Assembly: GCA_963822615.1 (NCBI GenBank)
Contig: CAWGIM010000018.1
Coordinates: forward strand, 147-64,146
DNA: 64,000 bases
Direction: 5' to 3'
Source: an uncultured Actinomycetota bacterium
Lineage (GTDB): Bacteria; Actinomycetota; Actinomycetes; Streptosporangiales; Streptosporangiaceae
This document shows, one piece after another, positions 1-8,695 of the stretch. The first letter of the stretch is position 1. Every line of letters starts with the position of its first letter. The notes beneath the pieces are model-generated. The model was not told the DNA's origin and made no database searches. It worked only from the letters and a program-made list of their open reading frames with translations. The translations under genes were made by a program, and so were the position numbers.

Positions 1-12
1 CCTCAACCGGCG

Positions 13-1572
13 TCAGGGGCGCGCCGCAGACCGGCCGCGGAGCAGGTTGACCGGCCAGACCACCACGGTGTAGCCGTCCACTCGGTAGCTGCGGGCGGAC
101 GGCCCGAACCGCTCGTCCAGCCGGGCAAGTTCAGCGCGCGTCGGCTGCTGCAGGATCAGGAAACTGGCCGAGTGGCGCCGCGAGTTGTACCACGCCGTGT
201 CGGTCATCCACTGGTACGGCTCGAGCGAGCCGGTGACCGCCCGTACCGTTACCCGGCCGCCAGTCTCGACCGTGACGCTGCTGCTCTGCCAGTAGCCGCC
301 CAGACCCGAGCGCAGGTGGTGGCGGAGGAGCCAGGAAGCCAGAGCTGAGTTCTGCGGCGGCTCGCTCGGCAGGGTCAGCTCACAGCCCAGGCCGGCCAGG
401 TAACCGCACAGCACCAGCAGCCCCGCCAGCGCTCCGGGCCTGACCCGGTACCTGGTCAGCCCCGGCCCGAGCAGCCGGGCGACCAGCGCCGCCGAGTAGG
501 GCAGGACGACGGCGATCTCGTGCGCCCCCTCGGTGGAGGCCAGGGTGCCGAGGTACAGCACCAGGTTGGCCGCGATGCCGACCGCCAGGACCCGGTCGAT
601 CAGGGAAACGCCTGGCCGCCGGCGGCAGGCGTGGCCCAGGGCCGCCAGCACCAGCGCCACGCTGGCCAGGTGGGCCACCGCCACCAGCAGCGGGAAGCCG
701 AGAGGAAGGCCGCGGAAGTCGGCCCCGTACAGGTCGAGTACCCGCCAGAGGGCGGACGCCGCACCGGGCAGTTCGGCCAGGGTGCGCGGCCGCACCGGCA
801 CCGGGCTGGCGACGTAACCGCCCAGGGCGCGGAGCAGCGCCTCGACGGCGAGGGCAAGCCCGAAGCCCGCCAGCGACGCCCCGGCCAGGGCAGCATCGAA
901 CCAGTCGGGCCGGCGGCGGGCCAGCCGGACGGCGAAGCTCAGCCCCGCCACCAGGGCCAGCGGGGCGATGCCGACGATCTCCACCACCGGGTCGGCGACC
1001 AGCACCCAGGCCAGCAGCAGGGCCGCCAGCGGCGGCACCCACCAGCAGCGTCCGCCGCGGTCGATCACCAGCCAGCACAGCAGCAGCGGGACCGCGGTGC
1101 CGATGTGGCCGACCGCCACGTCGACCGCGTAAATGCCGGTGCCGACCTGCGGCGCGATCATCAGGCCGGCCGCCAGCAGGGTCCGGACGACCGCTTCCGG
1201 GCCGCGGCTCGTCCCCCGGGCCAGCAGCACCGTGAGCAGCACCGTGATCGTGTAGGTCATCGCCGCCGCCACGTGGGCGGTCGTCATGCTCAGGCCGAAG
1301 ACCGACTCGAGCAGCGCGTACTGCACCAGCTCGGTCGGGTAGAAGGAGACATCCGACATGTGCCAGCCGTGCAGCACCAGGTTTCCGTGCAGCAGGTCGG
1401 ACCCCATCAGCAGGATATTCGCCATGTCCGAGTTTTCCGCGTAAGTGCTCGAAAGCCGCAGAAAGCAGAAGAAGAGCGCAATTCCAGCGAGCGCGTACCA
1501 TGCTGCGACGCGGATGCGGCGACCCGGCCGGCCCGGCGCGGTTCGCTCACGGTAAAGAACCTGGGCGGTCAT
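13..1572 (-). CDS. Polytopic membrane protein, possibly a GT-C-type glycosyltransferase
   Basis: 523-aa ORF; start moved to the second Met. Many hydrophobic segments followed by a soluble C-terminal region (GYWQSSSVT...). GC-rich third positions. Function is inferred from architecture only. Confidence 0.55.
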   Translation of the reverse strand: MTAQVLYRERTAPGRPGRRIRVAAWYALAGIALFFCFLRLSSTYAENSDMANILLMGSDLLHGNLVLHGWHMSDVSFYPTELVQYALLESVFGLSMTTAHVAAAMTYTITVLLTVLLARGTSRGPEAVVRTLLAAGLMIAPQVGTGIYAVDVAVGHIGTAVPLLLCWLVIDRGGRCWWVPPLAALLLAWVLVADPVVEIVGIAPLALVAGLSFAVRLARRRPDWFDAALAGASLAGFGLALAVEALLRALGGYVASPVPVRPRTLAELPGAASALWRVLDLYGADFRGLPLGFPLLVAVAHLASVALVLAALGHACRRRPGVSLIDRVLAVGIAANLVLYLGTLASTEGAHEIAVVLPYSAALVARLLGPGLTRYRVRPGALAGLLVLCGYLAGLGCELTLPSEPPQNSALASWLLRHHLRSGLGGYWQSSSVTVETGGRVTVRAVTGSLEPYQWMTDTAWYNSRRHSASFLILQQPTRAELARLDERFGPSARSYRVDGYTVVVWPVNLLRGRSAARP

Positions 1573-1645
1573 CGCATCGCCCATTCTAAAGGCGGCAACG
1601 ACTGGCGGCCTGATTTTCGATAAGCATCAGTGGCGGGAATTAGCT

Positions 1646-1668
1646 GGTGAAAACTATTAATTTTCACC
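1646..1668. promoter_or_regulatory. AT-rich inverted repeat, candidate operator
   Basis: GGTGAAAA-ctattaa-TTTTCACC: perfect 8-bp arms in the divergent intergenic region between 13..1572(-) and 1883..2518(+). Confidence 0.35.
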
Positions 1669-1882
1669 GTGAAAGGGATTATCTAGGCAACCCCGATGTC
1701 CTCTGCTTTCCCGCCGCCCCGCGGGCCGCCTCGACAAGGCTGACGCCAGGCGACGCGGTGGTCATGAGTGCAGGCCAGTATCCAGGATATGGTGCGCACT
1801 GACAGCTACCGGGAGCTACCCGTTGTCTTCCGGCCTCACTCGACCGCCTTACCGCGTACCTCGAGAAGCTAGGAAGCTCACG

Positions 1883-2518
1883 ATGACCGCATCACCCCCG
1901 GAAAACGACGCCCACTTGCAGCCGGCCGTGGCCGCTGAGTTCGCCAGCCTGGCCGGCCTGCTCGCGGGCGCCACCGATGCCCAGTGTGACACCCCGTCGA
2001 TGTGCGAGGGCTGGCGGGTCCGCGAAGTGGTCGCGCACATGACGGTGCCCGCGCGCTACCCGGAAGAGGAACTCATGACCCGGCTCCGGCGCTGCGGGTT
2101 CGACTTCACCAGGCTATCGAACGAGATGGCCGCCCAGGACGCGGGCCTGCCGACGGACCAGCTCGTCGGCGACCTGCGCTCCGACATCATGCAGCGCTGG
2201 ACGCCGCCCAGCGGCGGTTACCACCGCGCGCTCAACCACGTGGTGATCCACGGGCTGGACGTCACCGTCCCGCTGGGCGCACCCCGGTGCTCCCCAGACG
2301 AGACCATCCGGGTCGTCCTCGACGACCTCACGGTGGGTGGCCGCCACGCCCGCTTCGGGATCGTTATCAATAGCCGACGACTCCAGGCCAGCGACCTCGA
2401 CTGGTCGCACGGCTCGGGCCCGGTCCTGCGCGGCGCGGCCGAAGACCTGGCCCTCGTGCTGTGCGGCCGCGCGGTCCCCGCGGGACGACTCGAGGGCGAC
2501 CTGCTACCGCGCGACTGA
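1883..2518 (+). CDS. Maleylpyruvate isomerase family mycothiol-dependent enzyme (MDMPI-like)
   Basis: Motifs 'TPSMCEGWRVREVVAHM', 'HVVIHGLDV' and 'GAAEDLALVLCGR'. ATG at 1883 follows AGGAAG. Confidence 0.8.
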   Translation: MTASPPENDAHLQPAVAAEFASLAGLLAGATDAQCDTPSMCEGWRVREVVAHMTVPARYPEEELMTRLRRCGFDFTRLSNEMAAQDAGLPTDQLVGDLRSDIMQRWTPPSGGYHRALNHVVIHGLDVTVPLGAPRCSPDETIRVVLDDLTVGGRHARFGIVINSRRLQASDLDWSHGSGPVLRGAAEDLALVLCGRAVPAGRLEGDLLPRD

Positions 2519-2650
2519 AAAGGCGGCACCACCCCGCCTCCGGGCAACGCAGAGTCGATCTGGCCGCCAGCCAAAGCCGCAGCCGATGACTGCGTGCAAC
2601 GATCGCGGCGCGGCTTGACAGCTCGCGCCTGCAGGCCGCCTTGATTTCCT

Positions 2651-2695
2651 GAGCCCCTTTACGGAATCGAACCGTAGACCTTCTCCTTACCATGG
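2651..2695 (-). repeat. att-type direct repeat: duplicated 3' part of tRNA-Thr
   Basis: GAGCCCCTTTACGGAATCGAACCGTAGACCTTCTCCTTACCATGG is identical at 2651-2695 and 7984-8028. Confidence 0.95.
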
Positions 2696-2817
2696 GAGAG
2701 CGCAACCGGCCCGCGACCTGCACAGACTTCCGGCAGGCGTTCGATCTCAGCGCGCATTCGGCAAGAGTCCGCATGCGGAGCCCGAGATCCGGCGCCGCTG
2801 GCATGTCTCTCCACTCG

Positions 2818-3222
2818 CTACGCGGCTTGCTCGGCAGGTTCGTGCTCCCACACTTGTATGACTTGCCATCGCGCCTCTGCGAGGCGCCGGTCGGTGTCAG
2901 CGACTCGCTACGCTGGACGTTGCGCGGCGAGTTTCGTGCTGCCCACCATATGACTGCCGTTGCTCTTCGGCTGTGTCCCGTGCTCCGGGCAGCCGTGCCA
3001 GAAACATCCCGTCAATGAACACCGCGACCCTGGCACCCCTGAAGAGGGGATCCGCCCGGCGCCGCATCCCTGGAATGACCGGCGCATCGACCCGGCACCG
3101 CAGTCCTGACTTGAAGAGGATTCGGCGGATAGCCATCTCGGCTTAGTGTCACGCCGCCGCTGCCTGGTCATCCGGGCAAGCGCCTCGGGACTAGAAGCTG
3201 AGGGCCGCTGACCGCTGGTCAT
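2818..3222 (-). pseudogene. vsr: Very short patch repair endonuclease (Vsr), multiply frameshifted
   Basis: Collinear Vsr segments spread over different frames: 'ARMTRQRRRDTKP', 'MAIRRILFKSGLRCRV...RRRAD..F..ARVAVFIDG', 'CFWHGCPEHGTQPKSN', 'DTDRRLAEARWQVIQVWEHE'. Confidence 0.85.
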
Positions 3223-3347
3223 GACACCAACGTATCTCGGCCCCTCCATCGGTCAGGCTACTGGTCGAAACTGCCATCTACCAGGACATTTCTATACTTC
3301 TCACGTACCGCGCATTTGCCTGGTATAGGGGCTTTCCCGCTGGTAGC

Positions 3348-4658
3348 TTGACGTTTGTGACGGACCCACCAGAGATAAGCGAGATATTCGAGCAGCATCT
3401 GCGCAACGTCCCGCATAGAGCATCGATAAATAACAAATACCGGATCTTCAATCGCGCACTGGCCGAGCTATTGAATATAGCTCCAGAGGATATTTACACA
3501 TCACATATAGCCAAGGCCGGTAACTTCGATGTCCGAATGACCCAATCTCCAGGAGCCCGCGAAGCAAAGCTCCGCGTCGCCCTCATCCCTGCTGTCCTTT
3601 TTGCAGATCGAGATCTAGCCTCTCTAAAAAATGCAGCCTGGAGGTTTGCGCGGGATAAGTTCCCGGGCAGCTCCGTGCTGCTAGTTTTTGATCAGCCCAA
3701 TGGATGGCGCCCCGCGTGGGCGGCAGAACCTGCAGACCGGCCAGATTCCGGGGCAGGGCTTTCTTACTTTTTCCGATACATCGAAGACTTCGAACTCTAC
3801 GAATACTCACCTCTTGCACAAGCGTCGGACGCCGGGATAAGCGTTACCCTCACCAAACAGGAGGCGCGACTGCTGAAGGTCATGTTGTCCCGTCCAGAGA
3901 CAACTAGGGCATTGTATGAGATCGAGCCGAATCTATTTGCCAGATTGATTGAAACCGATGTCTCGGCGCGAGATGTAGTAGCTATCGCACATCGCAAGTC
4001 AGTAGTTGACCGCTTTCGGCGCCTGCTTCAGGATCACGATTTCTTCGAAGATGCCGCCGAGGCCCTCGGCGGCAAAGAGGCAGTCTGGCAAAACCTCCTA
4101 GAGGAGAATCCCTGGATTCTCGGCGTCAGTCTCGCCGGGCAGCTCCTGACCAGCTGGGATGAGGAGAAACTGGAGAAGATCGTTGCCGGTTTCTCTGTCT
4201 CTGGGCCAGGAAAGCGAGTTGATGCGCTCATGCGCACCAACGGCAGCATCAGGGCTATGGTTTTCGCTGAGATCAAACACCATGAGACAGCCTTGCTGGG
4301 CGCAGAATATCGCCCGAGCTGCTGGGCGCCGTCACCCGAACTCGCGGGCGGCGTGGTTCAGGCTCAGCGAACGGTTCAGCTAGCTATTCGCCAGATCGGC
4401 GACCGGCTTGCCGATGAAGATGAGCACGGGATCGAAACCGGCGATTACACGTACCTAGTCCGCCCCCGCCAGTTTCTCATTCTCGGGAACCTTGCCGACT
4501 TCAGAGGCGAGCACGGAATCCACAGGCAGAAATACGAGTCTTTCGAGCTTTTCAGGCGCAATATACTTGAGCCCGAGATACTCACCTTTGACGAGCTGCT
4601 AGCCCGCGCCGAATGGCACATAGCGTCAGCAGACCGAGAAGAAAATTTATTCAAGTAG
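3348..4658 (+). CDS. sduA: Shedu anti-phage nuclease (DUF4263 C-terminal domain) with an unassigned N-terminal domain
   Basis: C-terminal 'WQNLLEENPWILG...KRVDALM...FAEIKHHET...ELAGGVVQAQ...FELFRRNILEPEILTFDELLARA' fits the DUF4263/SduA PD-(D/E)xK pattern. TTG start. Confidence 0.85.
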   Translation: MTFVTDPPEISEIFEQHLRNVPHRASINNKYRIFNRALAELLNIAPEDIYTSHIAKAGNFDVRMTQSPGAREAKLRVALIPAVLFADRDLASLKNAAWRFARDKFPGSSVLLVFDQPNGWRPAWAAEPADRPDSGAGLSYFFRYIEDFELYEYSPLAQASDAGISVTLTKQEARLLKVMLSRPETTRALYEIEPNLFARLIETDVSARDVVAIAHRKSVVDRFRRLLQDHDFFEDAAEALGGKEAVWQNLLEENPWILGVSLAGQLLTSWDEEKLEKIVAGFSVSGPGKRVDALMRTNGSIRAMVFAEIKHHETALLGAEYRPSCWAPSPELAGGVVQAQRTVQLAIRQIGDRLADEDEHGIETGDYTYLVRPRQFLILGNLADFRGEHGIHRQKYESFELFRRNILEPEILTFDELLARAEWHIASADREENLFK

Positions 4659-4685
4659 AGGCACCGTAACGAGGCAGTCGTGATG

Positions 4686-4700
4686 TACAATGAAATTGTA
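4686..4700. promoter_or_regulatory. Palindrome TACAAT-gaa-ATTGTA (possible back-to-back -10 elements or operator)
   Basis: Perfect 6-bp arms, each a TAnnnT hexamer, in the AT-rich gap between sduA and the methyltransferase. Confidence 0.35.
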
Positions 4701-4848
4701 TGTGTGACTGACATTACGTTGACTCCGCAGAGCAAATATGCGCTTACCTTTAGGCGCGCACCTCTGCATAAGGCCGTAGATGCTAATCTCGGCCGGGCCT
4801 TCGGAGTGTCGGGTAGCGCGTCGCATCGTTGTGCGAGAGGATTCCGTT

Positions 4849-5997
4849 ATGGCTAGCCCTATGACCGCTGTCGGCCTCTTTGCCGGGATCGGTGGTGTCG
4901 AGGAAGGACTGGCCCGAGCCCACGCAGCAGAAGCCGAACTGCTAGTAGAAAACTGGGTTCCGGCGCAAGAGGTACTCCGAGCCCACTTCCCTGACGCCAA
5001 GCTCAAGGGCGATGTCACCGGCGTGAGGTCACTGCCCAAGGTGGACCTCCTGGCAGCTGGCTTTCCCTGCACGGACCTGTCGCAGGCTGGCCGTACCGCC
5101 GGTATCACCGGCAAGGCCAGCGGACTCGTCAGGTGCGTGTTCGACCTGCTCGAGTCCGCCAATCCCACATGGCTGGTCTTCGAAAATGTCCGGAACATGC
5201 TGGTGCTCGACAAGGGTGACGCCATGCGCTACCTAGTCGGAGAACTGGAGGAGCGCGGCTACAGGTGGGCGTACCGGCTGGTGGACAGCCGTTTCACTGG
5301 CGTCCCCCAACGGCGACAGCGAGTCATCATGCTTGCCAGTCGCACCGAGAACCCCGCTGACGTGCTTCTCGCTGACGACGCCGGAGAGCCCGCCGCAGAG
5401 CACTACCAGGATGCCGCCTTCGGCTTCTACTGGACCGAGGGGCTGACGGGCCTCGGATGGGCGCAGGACGCCATACCGACGCTCAAGCCCGGCAGCACGG
5501 TGGGCATCCCTAGTCCTCCCGGAATCTGGGTCAAGTCAGCCGAGCCCGGCCGCAAGCTCATCGTCCCGTCCATCGAGGAAGCCGAGGAACTCCAGGGCTT
5601 CGATCGGGGCTGGACAAGCGCTGCCGAATCCTCGAAGTCCAATGGTCCGCGGTGGAAACTCGTTGGAAACGCGGTGACGGTCGGCGTCAGCCAGTGGCTC
5701 GGCGGCAAGCTACTCGACCCCGGCCAGCATGACCAGCACAATGGCGCCCTCGTTTCGAACGGCCGATGGCCGCTCGCCGCATGGGGCGGCATCGGCAAGG
5801 TCTACCGTGCCGATGTATCGATGTGGCCGACCCGACTCCCCTACCGACACCTGCTGGACACCGTGGCGTCAGACACTGCGCGGCCCGTCAGCCACCGTGC
5901 TGCCGCAGGGTTCTACAGCCGCATGCTCAGGTCTGGTCTCAGATTCAACGAGGCGTTCAAGTCGGATGTCTGCGAGCATGTCCGGGTCACCAACTAG
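4849..5997 (+). CDS. DNA (cytosine-5) methyltransferase
   Basis: C5-MTase motifs in order: FAGIGG (I), GFPCTDLSQAG (IV, catalytic PC), ENV (VI), QRRQRV (VIII), GNAV (X). GAGAGG precedes the ATG at 4849. Confidence 0.95.
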   Translation: MASPMTAVGLFAGIGGVEEGLARAHAAEAELLVENWVPAQEVLRAHFPDAKLKGDVTGVRSLPKVDLLAAGFPCTDLSQAGRTAGITGKASGLVRCVFDLLESANPTWLVFENVRNMLVLDKGDAMRYLVGELEERGYRWAYRLVDSRFTGVPQRRQRVIMLASRTENPADVLLADDAGEPAAEHYQDAAFGFYWTEGLTGLGWAQDAIPTLKPGSTVGIPSPPGIWVKSAEPGRKLIVPSIEEAEELQGFDRGWTSAAESSKSNGPRWKLVGNAVTVGVSQWLGGKLLDPGQHDQHNGALVSNGRWPLAAWGGIGKVYRADVSMWPTRLPYRHLLDTVASDTARPVSHRAAAGFYSRMLRSGLRFNEAFKSDVCEHVRVTN

Positions 5998-6896
5998 GTG
6001 TCCAGGTCTTGGGTATCGTCTGCGCTCTCAATTACTTGGTCAAGGGTAAGTTCTTGCTCGGCTTCGAGGCCAGTCGGTAGGGAACCCTCTGGAGGCGCCC
6101 ATCCAGGGTCATCCTCGGCATAACGCTCATGCCTGTTAACGCCCGTATTCCTAAGAATCACGGCATCGTCGATGGTCTCGATTAGCTCGGCGAGGCTAAT
6201 CGTCTGCGTGTCCGGTGGCGGCTGATTTCTTCGAGGAGCCTGCGTCACATCGAAGAAACGAACGTGTCCGGCTTCGTCAAACAGGCCGATATAAACCTGC
6301 TCGAAGAGGTCGAAGCGGGAATCAGGCGACCCTCGCCCGGTGCGCTTACGGAGCGTGAATACAACATGGGCGAAACTACTCTGCCCCGCAACGCCATCCC
6401 AAGCCGCATCTTCATTCATGAAGAAGATTCCGGTTAGCACCGCGTAAGGCTGCCGCCGATGGAGCGTGTCAGCCTCGTCACGGAGCTCCATGTCATTGCG
6501 CTTTACGTTCTTGACGTAGCGCCCCACCCTGGCAGGCTGAGTCTTCGTAGTGGGCTGAGTATCGCGAAACGTATACGTCTTGATCGATATGCCTGCGACC
6601 AGGCCCGCCGCGTCATCCCAGACGCCAACGTCAGTGCGCTTCCGGTCAACCTTGGCACCCACGCTGAACTCCTGGCCGGACCCGTCCGGCCGCGGCGTCA
6701 CCCTGGCCCTGGGGTACCTCGGCCGTAGGTGATCGGCGAACGTCATCGCCAGAGCATTGCTGAACCGCTGCGCCCAGTTCTTCTTGGCCGCTCGGTTATC
6801 GCCACCGGCCACGGTCAAGGTGTCGGGCTTGGGCAGGCCTGCGGCCTCAAGTGCGGCCAACAGCGGCGCCTCGCCAGGGTCGCTGTCCATCGCCAC
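5994..6896 (-). CDS. Putative type II restriction endonuclease (PD-(D/E)xK-like)
   Basis: 300-aa ORF convergent with the MTase; the two stops share one CTAG. Candidate catalytic residues 'KRTDV...GISIK'. The call rests on context plus this motif. Confidence 0.55.
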   Translation of the reverse strand: MAMDSDPGEAPLLAALEAAGLPKPDTLTVAGGDNRAAKKNWAQRFSNALAMTFADHLRPRYPRARVTPRPDGSGQEFSVGAKVDRKRTDVGVWDDAAGLVAGISIKTYTFRDTQPTTKTQPARVGRYVKNVKRNDMELRDEADTLHRRQPYAVLTGIFFMNEDAAWDGVAGQSSFAHVVFTLRKRTGRGSPDSRFDLFEQVYIGLFDEAGHVRFFDVTQAPRRNQPPPDTQTISLAELIETIDDAVILRNTGVNRHERYAEDDPGWAPPEGSLPTGLEAEQELTLDQVIESADDTQDLDT

Positions 6897-7126
6897 GCGG
6901 AGAACGCTACGCGCTTACCCGCAACACCGGCAGTCGTTGCAGCAAACTGGTGATCATTGGCCTTCGCCGGACAAGACCTCGTTCCCCAGCCCGGGGGGCG
7001 CGGGACGAGCTGTGCGGGTCGGACAGCTCGGCCGAGCACCCGCAACCGAGAGTGCGCGGTCCGGTGCCGTGTCAGGGCGCCGAAGCGCCGCATCGAGGAA
7101 GCCCTCGGTGACCCCGGCGAGGATAG

Positions 7127-7744
7127 GGGGTCTTCGAGCAGTCGCCCCACCTCGGCCTGGACAACGTGGAGACCGTTCAGAACAGCATCAGCAAGTCCTC
7201 GTCCAAGCTGGTCGCGTACAACACGCTGCACACCGCGTTCGACACCGGCTGGAGGATTGACCTGAACGACCAGGCGAGCCTCGACAAGGAGATCAAGTGG
7301 GTCGTGGACGCCTTCGACGACCTGGCGCGGGCCCTTCCGATTGGCAAGGTTGGGGAGGCCGCGGCTCAGAAGCTACGTGACAGCAGTGTGGTCCGCAGCG
7401 CGGTCCTGGTGCAGGGCTACATCGCCCTGATGTGCGAGATCCGCGAGCTTGACGGCTCGCCCGAGGAGTACTTCCAGAAGCTGCCGGGGAGCATCACGCT
7501 GGAGGCCGACTCGGCCGAGACCGTGCGCGACAAGGACGGCGAGATCGTGCCTCGCTTCTGCGCGGGTGAGGTAGTCGACTTCTTCTCCTACGCCAACCCG
7601 ATCTGGAGGGAGACCGGGTTCCTGCGGCCCAACGTGGACAAGAAGACCGGGCTCACCAAGATGGGCATGTTCAACGCCCGCCAGCAGCGCAACAACGTCA
7701 TCGCGGTGCTGCGGGAGCGGGTCGGCCTGCCCGACGCGAGCTGA
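7127..7744 (+). pseudogene. 5'-truncated DndB/DGQHR-like protein remnant
   Basis: 'VETVQNSISKSSSKLVAYNTL', 'LRDSSVVRSAVLVQG' and 'FSYANPIWR' resemble the C-terminal half of DndB-like proteins as I recall them. In-frame TAG at 7124; a frameshift near 7125-7131 joins an upstream fragment. No N-terminal half is present. Confidence 0.4.
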
Positions 7745-7778
7745 CGAGCTCCAACCGGGGAACCCACCGCGGCTGATT

Positions 7779-7820
7779 CCAAGCGGCCCCGACCGGCGTG
7801 CGCCGGTCGGGGCCGCTTGG
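7779..7820. terminator. Long perfect inverted repeat, likely bidirectional terminator
   Basis: CCAAGCGGCCCCGACCGGCG-tg-CGCCGGTCGGGGCCGCTTGG: 20-bp arms between the convergent DndB-like remnant and tRNA-Thr. Confidence 0.7.
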
Positions 7821-7984
7821 CATGCTGCCGGTAAGGCCACCATCCGAGCCAGTTGGATTTCAACGCGTCTTCAACGCAGACACCCGTAGAGGACCGGCTA
7901 AGACCGCAGATAGCCGGAAACCGAAAACGCCACCCGATCGGCTTTCTTCCTAATGGAGTGGCATTTTTCGTGCTTACGTTCGGG

Positions 7985-8057
7985 AGCCCCTTTACGGAAT
8001 CGAACCGTAGACCTTCTCCTTACCATGGAGACGCTCTGCCGACTGAGCTAAAGGGGC
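7985..8057 (-). tRNA. tRNA-Thr (GGT)
   Basis: Reverse complement folds as a cloverleaf: acceptor GCCCCTT/AAGGGGC, D arm GCTC/GAGC, anticodon stem TCTCC/GGAGA with loop ATGGTAA, T arm TACGG-TTCGATT-CCGTA. CCA is not encoded. Confidence 0.97.
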
Positions 8058-8175
8058 CTGCCGCAACTGCCGACGGCGATGAGCTTACCGTACTTTCAAC
8101 GTGTTGGTGACTTGGGCTGGAGGCCGCGCCCGTGCCCGGCGCACAGGGCACGCAGACGGCCTGCCAGCCTCCGGG

Positions 8176-8688
8176 CTATGCGCCAGTGACGCCGTCGATC
8201 CGCTCGCGCAGCAGGTCGGCGTGACCGTTGTGCCGGGCGTACTCCTCGATCAGGTGGACGTAGATCCAGCGCAGGCTGACATCCTGCTGCGCGAAGCGGC
8301 CGGTGTCGGTCAAGGCGCGGTCGGCGCAGTTCTTGCGGGCGCAGTCGACCTCTGCCCGCCAGGTGGCGAGGGCGTCCCCCAGGGTGGCGTCCTGCGCTAG
8401 TTCGAAGCCGCCGTCGGGCCCGTCGGGGTCCGCTTGCGGGTCGTAGATGGGCGGAGCCTGTTCCCCTGCCAGCACCCGCCGGAACCAGTTCCGTTCCACC
8501 TCCGCCATGTGCTGGACAAGGCCAGTCAGCGTGAACGGAGACGGCCGCGCCGACGGGGAGGCGGCCTGCTCGTCGTCCAGCCCAGTGCACTTCATGGCAA
8601 GGGTGGTGCGGTGAAACTCAAGCCAGCCTTCGAGCGTGGTGCGCTCGTCCGCGTTCAGCGGGGGTATCTGGCGGTCGATGTCGCTCAC
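8176..8688 (-). CDS. DinB family protein (DUF664-like)
   Basis: '[18 protein letters not shown]', '[13 protein letters not shown]' and '[22 protein letters not shown]'. Confidence 0.85.
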   Translation of the reverse strand: MSDIDRQIPPLNADERTTLEGWLEFHRTTLAMKCTGLDDEQAASPSARPSPFTLTGLVQHMAEVERNWFRRVLAGEQAPPIYDPQADPDGPDGGFELAQDATLGDALATWRAEVDCARKNCADRALTDTGRFAQQDVSLRWIYVHLIEEYARHNGHADLLRERIDGVTGA

Positions 8689-8695
8689 CAGTTGA

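Larger units (their letters stand above)
2651..8057. mobile_element. tRNA-Thr-integrated genomic islet (defence cargo, no integrase)
   Basis: Bracketed by the 45-bp tRNA 3' duplication. Interior GC is lower: line 3421-3480 has 25/60 G+C versus 49/60 for line 901-960. Cargo is nucleases and a methyltransferase. Confidence 0.85.

Noticed and set aside
7853-8110. 85-aa ORF spanning the tRNA-Thr
   Set aside because: Overlaps the tRNA gene antisense; spurious.
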